64,000 nt of DNA from Felis catus. Lineage: Eukaryota. Below the pieces are notes generated by a model that made no database searches, was not told where the DNA came from, and was given only the letters and a program-made list of their open reading frames with translations. The translations under genes were made by a program, and so were the position numbers. Positions 12,441 to 25,942 of this stretch are shown piece by piece; the stretch's first letter is position 1; the number at the start of each line of letters is the position of its first letter. The DNA lies in the NCBI RefSeq assembly GCF_018350175.1, contig NC_058368.1:191024001-191088000 (forward strand), given 5' to 3'.

Positions 12441-14809
12441 GCCTATAAGATACATTAAATATGATATATTATATTTATGAAATATTATTACAGTGCCTGT
12501 AAATTTCAACTTAGTTTTCTCTCAATGGAGCAAATATTGGACTCTTTCTCAACTCAAAAAGCAAAACTGTGCTCTTACATCTAGTTTGAGCTCCTAAAAT
12601 AAGCTATTTGTCTAGTTTTCTGCCACTTTGCCTTTACGTAATAGGGGCCTATCTCCTTAAACATAGGCAAGTATCCTCATACCTTCTTGGAACATTAAGC
12701 CCACTGCATAGCTACTTTTCATTTACTCCCTGAACTTAACACTCAAGTCTTTCCTCAAGATTAACTCACAGGAAAGGAAAACAGTGAGACCAAATCTGCC
12801 GTCAGTTACATGAGGCTGAACAAAGTGCCATTTGCAGAGAACTGGACTTGGTCTGGAACCTGAAGAGCTCAAGATTACCACTCTAAAAATAGGAAACCAC
12901 TAACAATTACAATTCCCTGTTTGGTAACTGTGACATCCTCAATTAACAACAACCATCCCTACCTGCCCCCCCCCCCGCGCCACCCCATCCCCCACACACT
13001 CCAGAAACTGAGAAAGAAAACTTACTGAGCAAACAGCTGCAATAAATTCTCAAGAATCAGATGTCTACCTGGGGTTCCAGAGTCTTTGTCTTAGAGCCAA
13101 CAGCAGCAAGCAGTTAATGAACCACTAGCTACTTATTAATCATGTTTAGTGTGCCAAACTACTTTCGCAGAAACAAAATAGGTCGAGAAGTTAATTTTGA
13201 GAGGTTTACAAATGTTTTAGGAATCAGGTAAACAAACCAACATAAAGCAGCTGGAAAAAACAAGCTCCGACTTATACAAAGGCCTGACAATGGTGATGTG
13301 ATTCAAAAGGTGCGTCCCTAGTACCTTTCCCCCCAAAGTACTTGCTACATGGCTCATTTCAGGGGGGATATTTGGAGAAAGATGGATCGGCTGTGACCAG
13401 TCTCATCACTGAAGCTCAAAAATCCTGGAAAGTTATTTACCTCTTCTAATGGTAAGAAAAATTATCCAAAACTTGAAAAGAAGGCCAAAAGATAATCATA
13501 TGCTTTCAATGTTTTATGTGGTGTTTGTCACATGCTCTCTCAAGAATTATCTAAGGGAAATATGCTTTGCTCCATTTACTACTTGCTACTACATAAAGGT
13601 CCAGAATTTAATGAAGTCATGTTACTTTAAAGACTTTTTTTCTGTGAAAGGTAGAAATTATTTTTCTCCAGTAGAAAAAAAAAATAATCCCATGTGGTTT
13701 ACTGCCCTGTGAAACATTAATCCGTTTTGTGTCCCACCTAGTAATCTTGTACTAACATTCTTTTATTAACACACCCATAAACAAAGAGCTCCTCAAATGT
13801 TCTTGGACCCAGTCTTACCATCATACTGATGTCCTCATCAGTCAATGAGTCAAATTAAATTTCTGACATCTTTTTACTCTTTATTTGTAGAAGTCATGTT
13901 TTTAACTTCCAAAATGATAGTGTGATGTGGTTTCATTTTCCCCATCTGCATGATGAGTGTTATAAATCTCATGTGAAATAATGCATAATAAAGCACTTAA
14001 GGTGTAATATTTGTTTTTTAGTTTTGTAAAAGACTCTAGGGATTACTAGACTAGATCACTCAATAATCTCCTTCCTATTACATCTTCCAATCCTGTCTTT
14101 AGATTCTACAATGGCCACTTCTGCTAGAATCCTTCCATGGATGTTGACCTCCTAGCTTCTCAGAAACTTCTACTTTTAATGTTCTAAAATTAACAACTGA
14201 AATACATCTCCCTATGACACGTCCCGATTCTAAAGCCACTAACTATAAAGGTCAATTTAAAATTCCGACTTTAAGAATCATGTGAGTGAGAAAACTTCAT
14301 TCTCAACTAGAACATCAACTCCATGAGGACACGGATTCTTGTCTACACCGTCTCCTGCCATTGTTTCCAATGTCTATGACTGGGAAGTGGTTGGACCTCG
14401 TACTTACCCTCTGAATCAATAGAAGCCTTGGACTTCCTTGAAAAGGGAGGTCCTAAATCATCCTTCGTGAAGAACTACTTGACTACAATTTCAACTTCTC
14501 TGGTGCCATTGGATCATTTCTGCTCATGACAGTGCAGATTCCTCTTACCACCTCATTTGCCTCTTCTAGGAATGCTTCAGTTTGGCTAGTTTTCTCGTAA
14601 AATCTGATGCCAAGAGTTGAACAAACTCTTCAGGTGTGCTAGGTCTAATTTGTGGGCAGAGGAACAAAACTCTCTCTCATTTAGGAACTATGTTTCTATT
14701 AACACAGACCATGATAATCTTAGCTTTGGTGGCGGTAACCTTGAGTCATACAGAGAAGCCAGTTCGCAGAGCCTCTATCACAGATGCGCTTACATCTCCT
14801 ACCTGGTTT

Positions 14810-15550
14810 ACATCTGTGATTCTCCAGCCTAGCTTCACGTTAGAATCATCTGGAGGGAGCTTTTAAAATGACCAGATCCAGGGGCACACACCTGAGACTT
14901 TGATTCTACTGGAATGGGACAGGAACCCCGTAATCCAGGTGATTCTAATACCAGCCAGACCTCACAATCATGAAGTTGCAGTGATAACTTCTAAAACATA
15001 ATCCTAAGCATGTCACTTTGCGAACTAAAATCCTTAAATGTCTTTCTTACTATTTCCTGAAAGGTAAGGACAACAACTGTCACCATGACTTGAAAGGCCT
15101 GGCTTCATCTGGTCCCTTGTCTACATCTTCTGTCTCATCTGCTGCCACTCTCTCTTCTTCAAAGAAATCGTGTATCTTCCCACTTGAGAATCTTTTACAA
15201 AGCTGTTTTCTCCTTCTGGAAAGACTTTTCTTTTTCCTAGAAGTTACCCTCACTCTCATGTTTTCATTTCTTTAACTCCTATTCAACCTTCAAATGTATA
15301 CTCCATTATCACTTCCTCTAGGATTTAGTTATCCCTGAACACAACAGCCCCCCATTACCTATCCCCAAAGACCAATACTTATCATAGATTTGATTACACA
15401 TTTATTTGTATTTTTATTGGATCCATGTCAAAATGTCCTGATACAAAATGAATCTTTTCCATGAGAGCAGAAACCTCTTACTCTCTATTGGGCCCTAGTT
15501 CCTTCCACTGTGCCTAGCTCAAAGGAAGTGCACAAAATATACTTTTAAGT
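14810..15550. mobile_element. MER5-type hAT MITE followed by L2 fragment
   Basis: ttagaatcatctggagggagcttttaaaat...ccaggtgattctaat (MER5); ctaaaacataatcctaagcatgtcact and gtgcctagctcaaaggaagtgc (L2 3' end). Confidence 0.7.
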
Positions 15551-15929
15551 ATGTGAATGCAGGGTTTGGTTTGTTTTTTTTAACCCAAGCGCAAGAATAT
15601 GCACACAACTCCACTTTATCTTCAAGTTTCAGACTTCATTTAATCTTTCTGACATGCTAAAACATTGTATTGTACTCAGGATATGAAGTTCTCTTATACG
15701 ATGTAAATATTCCCCCAAAACTAACAAGCCTTTTACATGTTTATCTACAAGACTTTGTGCAAAATTACCAAGTCAGGTTTCTGGCAAAGACCTTAAGGTC
15801 TGAGATACAAGGTAGAATGGCTATGATTATAGGGTAGAGTGTTTGTTGTGTCACTTACTTGGGAGGTCAGGCTGAGATACTACTTTGGGGTCATCAAGAG
15901 GCACAAAGTAGTTACGGCACAAATCTGAA

Positions 15930-16430
15930 AAGAGGTATTTGCCAAGAATCTTTTGGTTACAGCAGTCAGAACTCATTCAAATTAGCATCAGAGAAAAAGA
16001 GGGGGTTCCTAAATCATGTAACTCTAATCTTAAGGTGGGTGCAGCACAATAGTTCTAATACAATCAAGGCTCTATTTCCCTCTTCTCTAGGCTTCTCATG
16101 GTTTCATTCTTAGTTTTGCTTTACTGGGAAGTAAAACGTCCACAGGTGATCTCAGTCTTACATGGAAAAAAAAGATCTTTTCCATAAAGCATTCTAAGTA
16201 ACCCAGCTTGAGCCACATGCTTATCCCTGAACAAATCTCTATGGTTGAGGGATGACGTACTCGTGTTGTTCATATTTGGCTCATATGACAATCCCAGAGA
16301 CTAAAAGGAAGAAATCAGCTCCATATGCACCACATGGACTCAGTAGGCTAATGAGGGAATTGAGAAAAAGTGGAAGACAGACAGAAAAAGTGGAAGACAG
16401 ACAGACAGAAAAGTCCCATGTGCACTATGG
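15930..16430. mobile_element. MLT1-type LTR remnant
   Basis: ttttggttacagcagtcagaactcattcaaattagc and cccagcttgagccacatgcttatccctgaacaaatc motifs. Confidence 0.6.
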
Positions 16431-19400
16431 ATGATAGGGCACCCAAGATATATTCATAATCTTGCCCAGGGAAAGTTCTTTAAGAAGTGTTCTGAAACAA
16501 CATTTAATTTAAAGATAGAAAAGCATTTACTATTTGTTCTTCCAATCCCTGAGCATTTGAGTTAATCTAATAGCAGGTGATTACAACAGTAACATTATGC
16601 TAGCCGTTCATTTCACAAATAATACCTGATGCAAAATGACACTCACCCAGTTTTGGCCCTTCCAAACAGAACAAATACAGCTCTGCTTTTCATTTGCCAA
16701 AGACAACATTATCTGATTGATTCGGAAGAGACTTTATCTTTGGAGGAAGTCTAGCTCAGTGACAAATCAGTGACCCACAGTTTTGAGAATATCTCCATTG
16801 GCCCTAGTGTGTAAAGCTGAAATCATTTTCTGTTTTGGAAGTTCAAATCTATGCATGGTACAGAATGAAGGTTTCTCAAGCTATGTCAGTACTTTGAGAA
16901 GAAATTGATGCACTTGGTAATTAATGTGACTAGTAATAAAATTCACTGTAGATATATCTTTTTAAAAGAAATTAATTAAGTACTGTAAAACAAATACTGG
17001 TATAGTTACACAAATGGTTCCATGCATTCTTTCCTTTTCAGCACCAAACACTAATCAATTCTCCCCAAATTCTTTTTGGCCAAAATATCTCACTGTATTA
17101 CTGCTTGCTGAAAGTAAAATTCTTGAAATATCATATTTTTATTTGGAAGTAAAATTTATTGATCAATAAAAATGGGCCAGACTTCACGATAGGCACCCCG
17201 TGGTAGGCAGAAATAAATAAGGTCTGTACATGAAAAATGTTAGCACTGCTCATCTTTATTTTGATAGTCCATCAGTACTCAGTGGTACAAAATACAACTG
17301 TCTGATGTGGGAATTCCATGCTAATTTTTAGCTGCCTGAATCCCTGAATCCTTGAGACCAAAGGCCTCAACATCAACTTCCAGCAACCATACACCAAAAA
17401 AAAAAAAATTAAAAGTTGCCAACAAGAGAAAATGCAATGTTATACATTTCAAATTATTTGATCTTTGGAAGGAATTCATTTAAATATGTGAAAGATACAC
17501 AGTTGGGCAAACTCACAACTGGCATAGTGTTTGGCATATAATAGTTGCTTAATATACGTTTAGTGTTTTGCTAATAATAAACATTGCTAGTAACAAATAA
17601 GATTTTGACATTACCAACAAATAAAAGCTGAGGGAGTTCATCACCATTAAACTTGCCTTACGAGAAATGATAATCAGAGTTCGGGTAGAAACAAAACAAC
17701 ATGAAAACATAAATAACAACGTGAAAAATCAAAGTATAGAAAGTCACTGATAAAGGAAAATACATAGTCAAATTCCAGAATAATAATGTAATGGTGGTAC
17801 ATAAATCCCTCTTAACTCTAATTTCAAAGTTAAAAGATAAAAGCATAGAAACAGCTATAGCTACCATCATTTGTTAATGGGTGAATAATATAAAAATGTC
17901 AAGTATGAAATCAAAAGCACAAAATGTGGGGGGGGGACAAGTAAAAGCATAGAGTGATTTTGTATGCAATTAAAGTTAAGTAGTTATCAGCTTAAAATAT
18001 ACTGTTATAACTGTAAGATGTTTTATATAAGCTTTGTGGTAACCACAGACAATAAAACCTCTACTAGATACACAAATGATAAAAAGGAATCAAAACATAC
18101 TACCACACACAAACACACACACACACATCACAAGAGACAGTGAGACAGGAAGAGAAGAACAAAGGAACTACAAAAGAATCAGAAAGCAAAACAAAAAATG
18201 GCAATAAGTCCTTATCAATAATCATTTTAAATGTACATGAATTAAATTCTCTGATCAGAAGACACAAAGTGGCTGAATAAACAGAAAAAACAAAGTGCCA
18301 CAATATGCTGCCTACAAGAGACACATTTTAGCTTTGAGAAGACATGTACATTGACAGAGAAGGGATTAAAAATAAAAGGTATTCCATGTAAACGGTAACC
18401 ATAAGACATCAGGAGTGGTTATAGTCACATCAGACAAAATAGACTTTCAGTCAAAATCTGTCACTGTATAATAATAAAGCGGTCTAATAATTATCAGCAT
18501 TTAACCATTGTAAACATATATGCACCCAACATTGGAGCATCTCAATATATAAAGCTAGTATTAACAGAATTGATGAGAGAAATAGAGAGCAATACAGTAA
18601 CAGTAGGAAAGCTTCAGTACCCCACTTTCAACAATGAATAAATTATTCAGACAGAAAACCAATAAGAAAACAGTGGTTTCAAATAATGTTATAAATCAAA
18701 TGGACCCAGTAGACATACACAGAACATTCCAGGCAACAAAATACATGCTTTGCACGTGTGTTCACGGAACATTTTCCAGGATAGATCGTATGTTGGGCCA
18801 TAAAACTAGTCTTAACAAATTTAAGAAGATTAAATTCATATCAAGCATTTTTTCTGACCACAGTAGCATAAAATTAGAAATCAGTAACAGGGAAAAAGCT
18901 GAAAAACTCACAAAAATGTAGAAACTATACCACACACTCCTGAGCAACAAATCGGTCAAGGAAGAATTCACAAGGAAAACCATAAAAGTATCTTGAGGCG
19001 GACAAACATGGAAACACAATGTACTGAAAATGATGGGATGCAGCAAAGTGGTTCTAAGAGGAATGTTTACAATGCGAAATATCTACACTAGGGGGAAAAC
19101 ATCTCTAACAACCTAACTTGACACATAAGACGACGAGAAAAAGAACAAACTAAGCCCAAAGTTAACAGAAGACAAGGAATAACAAAGAATAGAATACAAA
19201 CAAATGAAAGAAAGACCAGAAAAACATGAGAAAAGAACAATGAAATGAAGAGTTGTGGTTTTTCTTTTAAAGATAAAACTGAGAAACCTTGGGCTAGACT
19301 AACACAGAAGACTCAAATAAATAAAATTATAAATCAAAGAGAAGATATTACATCTGATCTCACAGAAATACAAAGGATAAGAGACTATTTTGACAAATTA

Positions 19401-19987
19401 TGCATGGATAAATTTGGCAACCTAGAAGAAAATGGATAAATTCCTAAAAACACAGACCTTACCCAGACTGAATCATAAAGAAAGTGAAAATAAAAACAGA
19501 TAATTGTTAGTAAGAAGACTGTAGTAGTAATCAAAAACCTCAAACAAAAGCCCAGAACCAGACGGTTTCATGGAAAAATTAAACCAAAAATTAAAAAAAA
19601 AAAAAAGGAATACCAATCCTTCTCAAACTCTTCCAAAACTTTAAAGAGGAGGAAGCACTTCCAAATGTATTTAACAAGGCCAGCACTACTCTCAAACCAA
19701 AGCCAGATAAGGCCACTGCAAGAAAAGAAACAGGCCCAAATCCCTGATAAATACAGTTACAAAAAATCCTCAACAAAACATTAGCCAACTGAACCTAACA
19801 GCACGTTAAAAGGACCATACATTATGATCAAGTGGGATTCATCCTTGGGATGCAAGAATGGTTCATCAGAGTAAATTAATGAAAATGACACACCACATTA
19901 ACAGAATAGAAAATAAAAATATTATCTCAATAAACACAGAAAAACATTTGATAAAAAAATCAATGTGTTTTCATGATAAGAACTCAA

Positions 19988-20845
19988 CAATAGAACCACC
20001 CTATGACCTAGCAATTGGACTACTTAGTATTTATCCAAAGGACACAAAAATGCTGATTTGAAGGGGCACGTGCACCACAATGTTTATAGCAGCACCATCA
20101 ACAATAGCCAAATTATTGAAAGAGCCCAAAAGTCCATCAAATGACAAATGGATAAAGAAGATGTGGTACATATATACAATAGAATACTACTCGGCAGTCA
20201 AAAAGAGTGAAATCTTGACATTTGCTACAATGTGAATACAACTGAAGTGTATTATGCTAAGAAAAATAAGTCAGGCAGAGAAAGACAAATATCATAAGAT
20301 TTATATACATATATATATATACACACATATATATACATATACATATATATACATATATACATATATGTGTGTGTGTATATACATATATATATATATGTAC
20401 ATATATATATGTGTATATACACACACACACAATGGGATATTATTCAACAGTCAAAAAGAATGAAATCTTGCCATTTCCAACAATGTGGATGGAACTAGAG
20501 TGTATTATGGTAAGCAAATTAAGTCAGAGAAAGATAAATATCATATGATTTCACTCATATGCAGAATTTAAGAAACAAAACAGATGAACAAAAGAGGAAG
20601 AGAAGGAAAAATAAAGAGAGAGGGAGGCAAACCATAAGAGACTCCTAAATAAAGAGAACAAACTGAGAGTTGCTGGAGGGTGTTGGATGGGTGGATGGGC
20701 TAAATGGGTGATGGGCATTAAAGAGGACACTTGTTGGGATGAATACTCTGTGTTATATATAAGTGAAAACTCACTAAATACTACTCCTGAAAAAAAAATA
20801 TATCACATTGGCCAAAAAAAAAAAAGAAAAGAAAGAAAGAAAAAA
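19988..20845 (+). mobile_element. Younger carnivore L1 3' end inserted into the host L1
   Basis: Host ORF2 breaks after aactcaacaa and resumes at agtataaaagcaatgtacctc; insert has ORF2 C-terminus, 3' UTR and A-rich tail. Confidence 0.85.
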
Positions 20846-20967
20846 GTATAAAAGCAATGTACCTCCACTTAATAAAGCCACACAGGACAATCCCATAGCC
20901 AACATCATGTTCCACAGTGAAAAACTGAAAGCTTTCCCTTTAAAATTAGGAATAAGACAAGAGTGCC

Positions 20968-21250
20968 TAACTAGAGGGAAGAGAATAGGGGGATGGGCAA
21001 AAAGGGTGAAGGGAAGTGTGAAATACAGGCTTCCAGTTATGGAATAAAGAAGGCATGGGGATAAAAGGTATAGCATAGGGAAAATAGTTAATGGTATTGC
21101 AATAGTCTTTCATGGTGACACGTGGTACCTCAGAATAATACTGAGTTGTTGCATCACTATGTTGTACACTTGAAACTAATGTGACATCGTGTGTCGACTA
21201 TACGCAATAAAATATATCAGAGGACTCACCCCCTCCCCAAAAAAAAAAAC
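20968..21250 (+). mobile_element. Second nested L1 3' UTR insertion
   Basis: tacaggcttccagttatggaat...gaaactaatgtgac 3' UTR; flanked by diverged duplication taagacaagagtgcc / caaggcaaaagtgtcc. Confidence 0.8.
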
Positions 21251-24200
21251 ACAAGGCAAAAGTGTCCACTCCTAATAAACTACTGAAAATCCTAACCACA
21301 GCAATTAGGTAAGAAAAAGAAATAAAGGTCATCCAAATTGGAAAGGGAGAAACTAAACTGCCTTGTTGCAGATGATATGATTTTATATAAATGGTTTTGT
21401 AACCCTAAAGATTGTAACAAAATATTGTTATAATTAATCAATTCAGGGAAGTTGCAAAGTTGCAAAAATACACAAAAATGAGTTGTATTTATATACTAAC
21501 AACAAATGATCAAAAATTAAGAAAATGATCAAAAATTAAGAAAATAATCCCATTTACCTTATCATCAAAAAGAATGAAATGCTTAGAAACAAATTTAAGG
21601 AAAGGAAAGATTTTTGCACTGAAAAATATAAAGCACTGATGAAAGAAACTGAAGAAGATATAAAAATAAATGGAAAGATCTAATTTATAGTTTTTAAAAA
21701 TTAATATTGTTAAAATGTTCACACTACCCAAAGCAAACTAATGATTCAATGTAATCCCTATCAAAATTCCAATTATTTTTTTTTACAGAAATAGAACAAA
21801 CAATACTAAAGTTTGTACAGAACTACATAAGACCTTGAAAAACCAAAGCATTGTCAAACAGAAGGACAAAGCTGAAGGTATCACACTTCCTGATTTCATA
21901 CTATAGAGTTATAGTAATCAAAATTGTGTGGTACTGGAATAAAAACAGATGCACAGACCAATGCAACAGAAGAAAGCACAGAAATAAACCCACACATATG
22001 CAGTCAATTTATCATCGCAAAGGGTGCCAAGGATACACGATGGAGTAAGGATAATCTCTTAAATAAACTGTCCTGAAAAAACTGGATATCCATGTGCAGA
22101 ATGGAGTTGAACTCAAACCTGGGTCTAAACAAAAATTAACTCAAAATGGATTAAAGACTTAATCATTTCACAATGTATACATATATCAAACATCATGTTT
22201 TATACTTTATGTATATGTAATTTTTCTTTGTCAATTATATCTCACTAAAGCTGGAAAAAAATAAAGCACAAACCAGATCAACAGAATAAAAAATATTCGG
22301 GTGCCATTTTTGCAGATTGCAGGCAAGAGAATTTTACGTAATTTTTAAAGCCCACAAATTGTAAGCTGTAGCATATTCTGATCTAGAAGGAGACGGATGG
22401 TCAGTCCAATTTTTTCATTACTTACATGAAAAACTAAGACCTGAAATGACATGGCGAGAGTCACGCAGACAGATAATGTAGGAGCTGACAGAAGACTCAC
22501 AATTTCTGATACCTATGTTGCCTCCTAGGGCCAATAAATGTGGTTCTAGGACATGATTTACTGTACCACTTCTTTACTCTCTTGGGTAATTTCCGCTGGG
22601 AATCAATTCCTAAGACACAGTTTATGCACCAAGTTGCACTGTTTGGTTACCTACTTTTCTCCTTACCTCCTCTTATGCAATCTGGAGATCCTTTTAAGGA
22701 TTTCTAAGTATTATGTTAATAAAACTAAATGGAAATAGATAAAGCTGTTTGAAAAATTAACACATAAGTCCAAAGATAGAATGTTATCTTTAGAAGCTAA
22801 ATGCAGGCAAAACATTGTCTTGTATACCTCCAACCTTGCCCTTAACAGAGCAAGGGCTCATTAACTATCCATGGAAATGGATGGAAGTAAAACACTTTTG
22901 TAGTTTCAGTAGATTGCAGGGTTCAATAACAAGGTGGCTTTCCCCAAGTTTTCCATCTTGATCAACTTTAACAGTCTTTTAATATCTTGAGCCTCATCTC
23001 TAGTGATTAGCAGAAACTATTAGAAGCAATAGACTGGGCCAATCTGGCTGAGCTGCATTACTATCCTATCTTAAGAGGTTAGCATGGAGTGTCGATGTAA
23101 CAGGTTTGTAGAAATAAGCTTTATGTAAAATGTACTTAGTGGCTGTACCTGTAAGCCTTGTATCTCACTTCCCAATCTGGGAAGCAGCAAGAGGCAAAAA
23201 CACTAAATGGATGAAAATATAAATGCACAAGTCAGCATGAAAACACAAATTGGCTACCTGACCAGCATATTCGCCCCTCACTGTACTGTGTTGGCATATC
23301 TAATGAAAGAATGTAGCGTTCAAAAGGCCATCCATGAATGCGCAGAAGAAAGGAGGGTCACAAAAGGGAAAAAGGAGGCAGAGTTCATTCAAACACTAAA
23401 TACAAGAGTCTTAGTTCAATGGAATCTACTCTCATTTGAGGAGTGGCTGTTCTGTGCCAGGCTTTGCAGATATGACAGATATAAGGCAGATGGGGTCCTT
23501 ACCCTCAAGGCTTTACAGGTTTTGTTGGGAGAACTTTGTCGTCCGGGACCACTGACAAGACTGCCTCTGTTGGGCTGACTTAGTCTGCTGCCACTAAAGA
23601 ATCCTTGCTACCTAACTTGTTTTAATCTCCATTATATTAATTATCATAATTATCTTTCTCATTATGTTCCCTTTTTATGTAGACCTTTCTAAAGGGAGTG
23701 AAGATGTAGCTCTCTTGATCCATGCAACACTTATTTTTCATTGTAAATTTACAAAGTGATATTTTTAATGTAGACATCAATCTCATGAGGTTGGTTAGAG
23801 GGAGTCTGCAATTGAGAGATAAAACCTCTCTTGCTGAGCTGATACAATCAGCTTCCTAAGACTGAAGTTATGAAAGACATTCTGTGAAGACTCTAAGGAA
23901 AAGATCTGCCCATCAATAATCACCATAGCATCTACAGATTTCCAGACCTGGGATGAAGAATAATGAATTGGCCAAGGTTTGTATTTATAGTTAGAGAAAT
24001 GGGTCAATTCTTTAACCACTCCATTTAACATGTTGATAAGAGATCATGGGAACTGAGCCACTTCATTTAATCCTCTCTTGCTGAGATATTATCGTACATC
24101 GATATTTTATTTCCAAGAAACACTTGAAGATTCTATTGTTAGATGAGCAACAGCAGCAGCGAGGCTCAATGTGAAAGGTGAAGTCAAACTTCTTGAGTTT

Positions 24201-24804
24201 TTAAGGATATAATTAATATCAATAAAACTCTTCTCCACTGTTTAGAAACTTAAGTCAAAGTATAAAACATGTCCACATTGAATAAATGCATTTGAGGTTC
24301 TAAACAGATTTTAGGTGAGGAGTCTATTGACTTGGGAACTGTAGTCTTTTAGTTTTAATACCATGAATTTCAAAGTATTCTTTACAGCTAGGTATGAAAA
24401 ATTGGTTAAGGGGAAAACTTTGTACTTGCCACCATGCTTATGATTTTCTGGAGTTAGAAACTGTTTGCCCTGGCATGGAATTTGACAGACCTGGCTTATT
24501 ATACTGATGCTGGAACTCTAAGCCAGGAGGAGATGGTAAGCTACACAAAGTCTCTTATCCTTCAGTCCTCACGTGTAAAGTCGGAATAAGAGCAGCTATC
24601 TCATGAGATTGTACGAGGGTTTAATAAAATAGTACTAGTAAAAGTGGCTTGAACATACATAGCAATAACTAACATGCACTGAGTGCTTACCATGCTTCAG
24701 CTTAGTAAATGCGCAAATATTAGCAGATATTGCTAAATTCTGCATGTGGATTTTTTTTCTTTTTAGCCATCCCCTTACTTGGTATTTAAATACATTCAGG
24801 ACAC

Positions 24805-24928
24805 AGGTATGCTTTATTACAGGATTATTTACAACAGCCAAACTATGGAAGCAGCCCAAGTATCCATCTATTGATGAATGGATAAAAAAAGTGGCACCCG
24901 TGTGCATGTGTGCACACGCGCGCGCGTG

Positions 24929-24973
<45 letters not shown>

Positions 24974-25322
24974 GAATGTTACTCAACCATAAAAATATAA
25001 TGAAATCTTGCCATTTGCAACAAGATAGATAGAGCTAAAGAGTATAATGCTAAGCGAAATAAGTCAATCAGAGAAAGACAAATACCATATGATTTCACTC
25101 ATGTGGAATTTAAGTAGTGAAACAAATGAACAAAGAAAGAGAGAGAAACCAAGAAACAGAGGGTCAGTGGGTGAAACAGGTGATGGGGATTAAGAGTACA
25201 CTTTTCATGATGAGGACTAAGATATAGCATTTTTGAATCACTGTATTGTACAACTGAAGCTAATATAATGCTGTATGTTAACAATACTAGAATTAAAGTA
25301 AAAACAACAACAACAAAAAAAG
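24805..25322 (+). mobile_element. Carnivore L1 3' fragment
   Basis: LFTTAKLWKQPKYPSIDEWIKK (ORF2 C-terminus), 3' UTR and A-rich tail. Confidence 0.93.
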
Positions 25323-25905
25323 CCCAATGCATTTTTAATCTTTAGACACTTACTGTTAGTCTCATTCGTAATATAAATAGTTCAAAGCTTCTCATTTCTC
25401 TTAGGATACAATGTGAAATTCCTAACACAGATTACAAGGCGTTGGATGACCTGGACCTGGAACCTACTATAGGACATCCAGGAAACAGCTTATAGGTCCC
25501 TTCTGGCAGAAAGTCTTCTGTTTCTTCTCCTCCTCATGTACTCCGCCAAACCTTAAGTCCTCTGTTGTATGCTCCACAACATTCTTTGAATTTTCCTGTC
25601 ATACTACATGCCCTTCTTTATTGTTATTGTCTGAATGTTCAACTACATTGTCAGCTCTTAAGGGTACACACTATGTCTGTCCCATTCATCAGTTATCACA
25701 AAAGCCATCAACAGGGCCTGGGCCAGAGTAGATACTATAGTAATTGCTGGATGAAGGTAGAAGGGAGGATATGAAAATTGTACCCAGAAAGATGGTAGTG
25801 ACAGAGACAGTACTGGTGTGTTGGAGAACTTAACACAAAATAACATTTATGATAGAGTTATTAATTTTTATTCATAAAGCTTAATCTTAAAATGTTTATT
25901 TATTC

Positions 25906-25942
25906 TGGAAGGCAGCTATGCTAACCGCTCTACCACCAATGC
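25906..25942 (-). pseudogene. Tailless retrocopy of the 5' half of tRNA-Gly(TCC)
   Basis: Minus strand GCATTGGTGGTAGAGCGGTTAGCATAGCTGCCTTCCA matches 34/37 nt of the recalled vertebrate tRNA-Gly-TCC 5' half and ends one base after the anticodon; flanked by an 18-nt direct repeat. Confidence 0.9.

Larger units (their letters stand above)
17610..22265 (+). mobile_element. Decayed L1 (end of ORF1, ORF2 endonuclease/RT, internally deleted, 3' end) carrying two nested L1 3' insertions
   Basis: ORF2 remnants HGTFSRIDRMLGHKTSLNKFKKI..FSDHSSIKLEI (18634-18921), gatcaagtgggattcatccttgggatgcaag, gcagatgatatg (FADD region); many stops and frameshifts; poly(A)-type end near 22260. Confidence 0.95.

Noticed and set aside
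23790..24200. Possible processed pseudogene; 14-nt direct repeat cctctcttgctgag at 23825 and 24072
   Set aside because: No recognisable protein in any frame and no poly(A) between the repeats; a BLASTX or Dfam search would be needed
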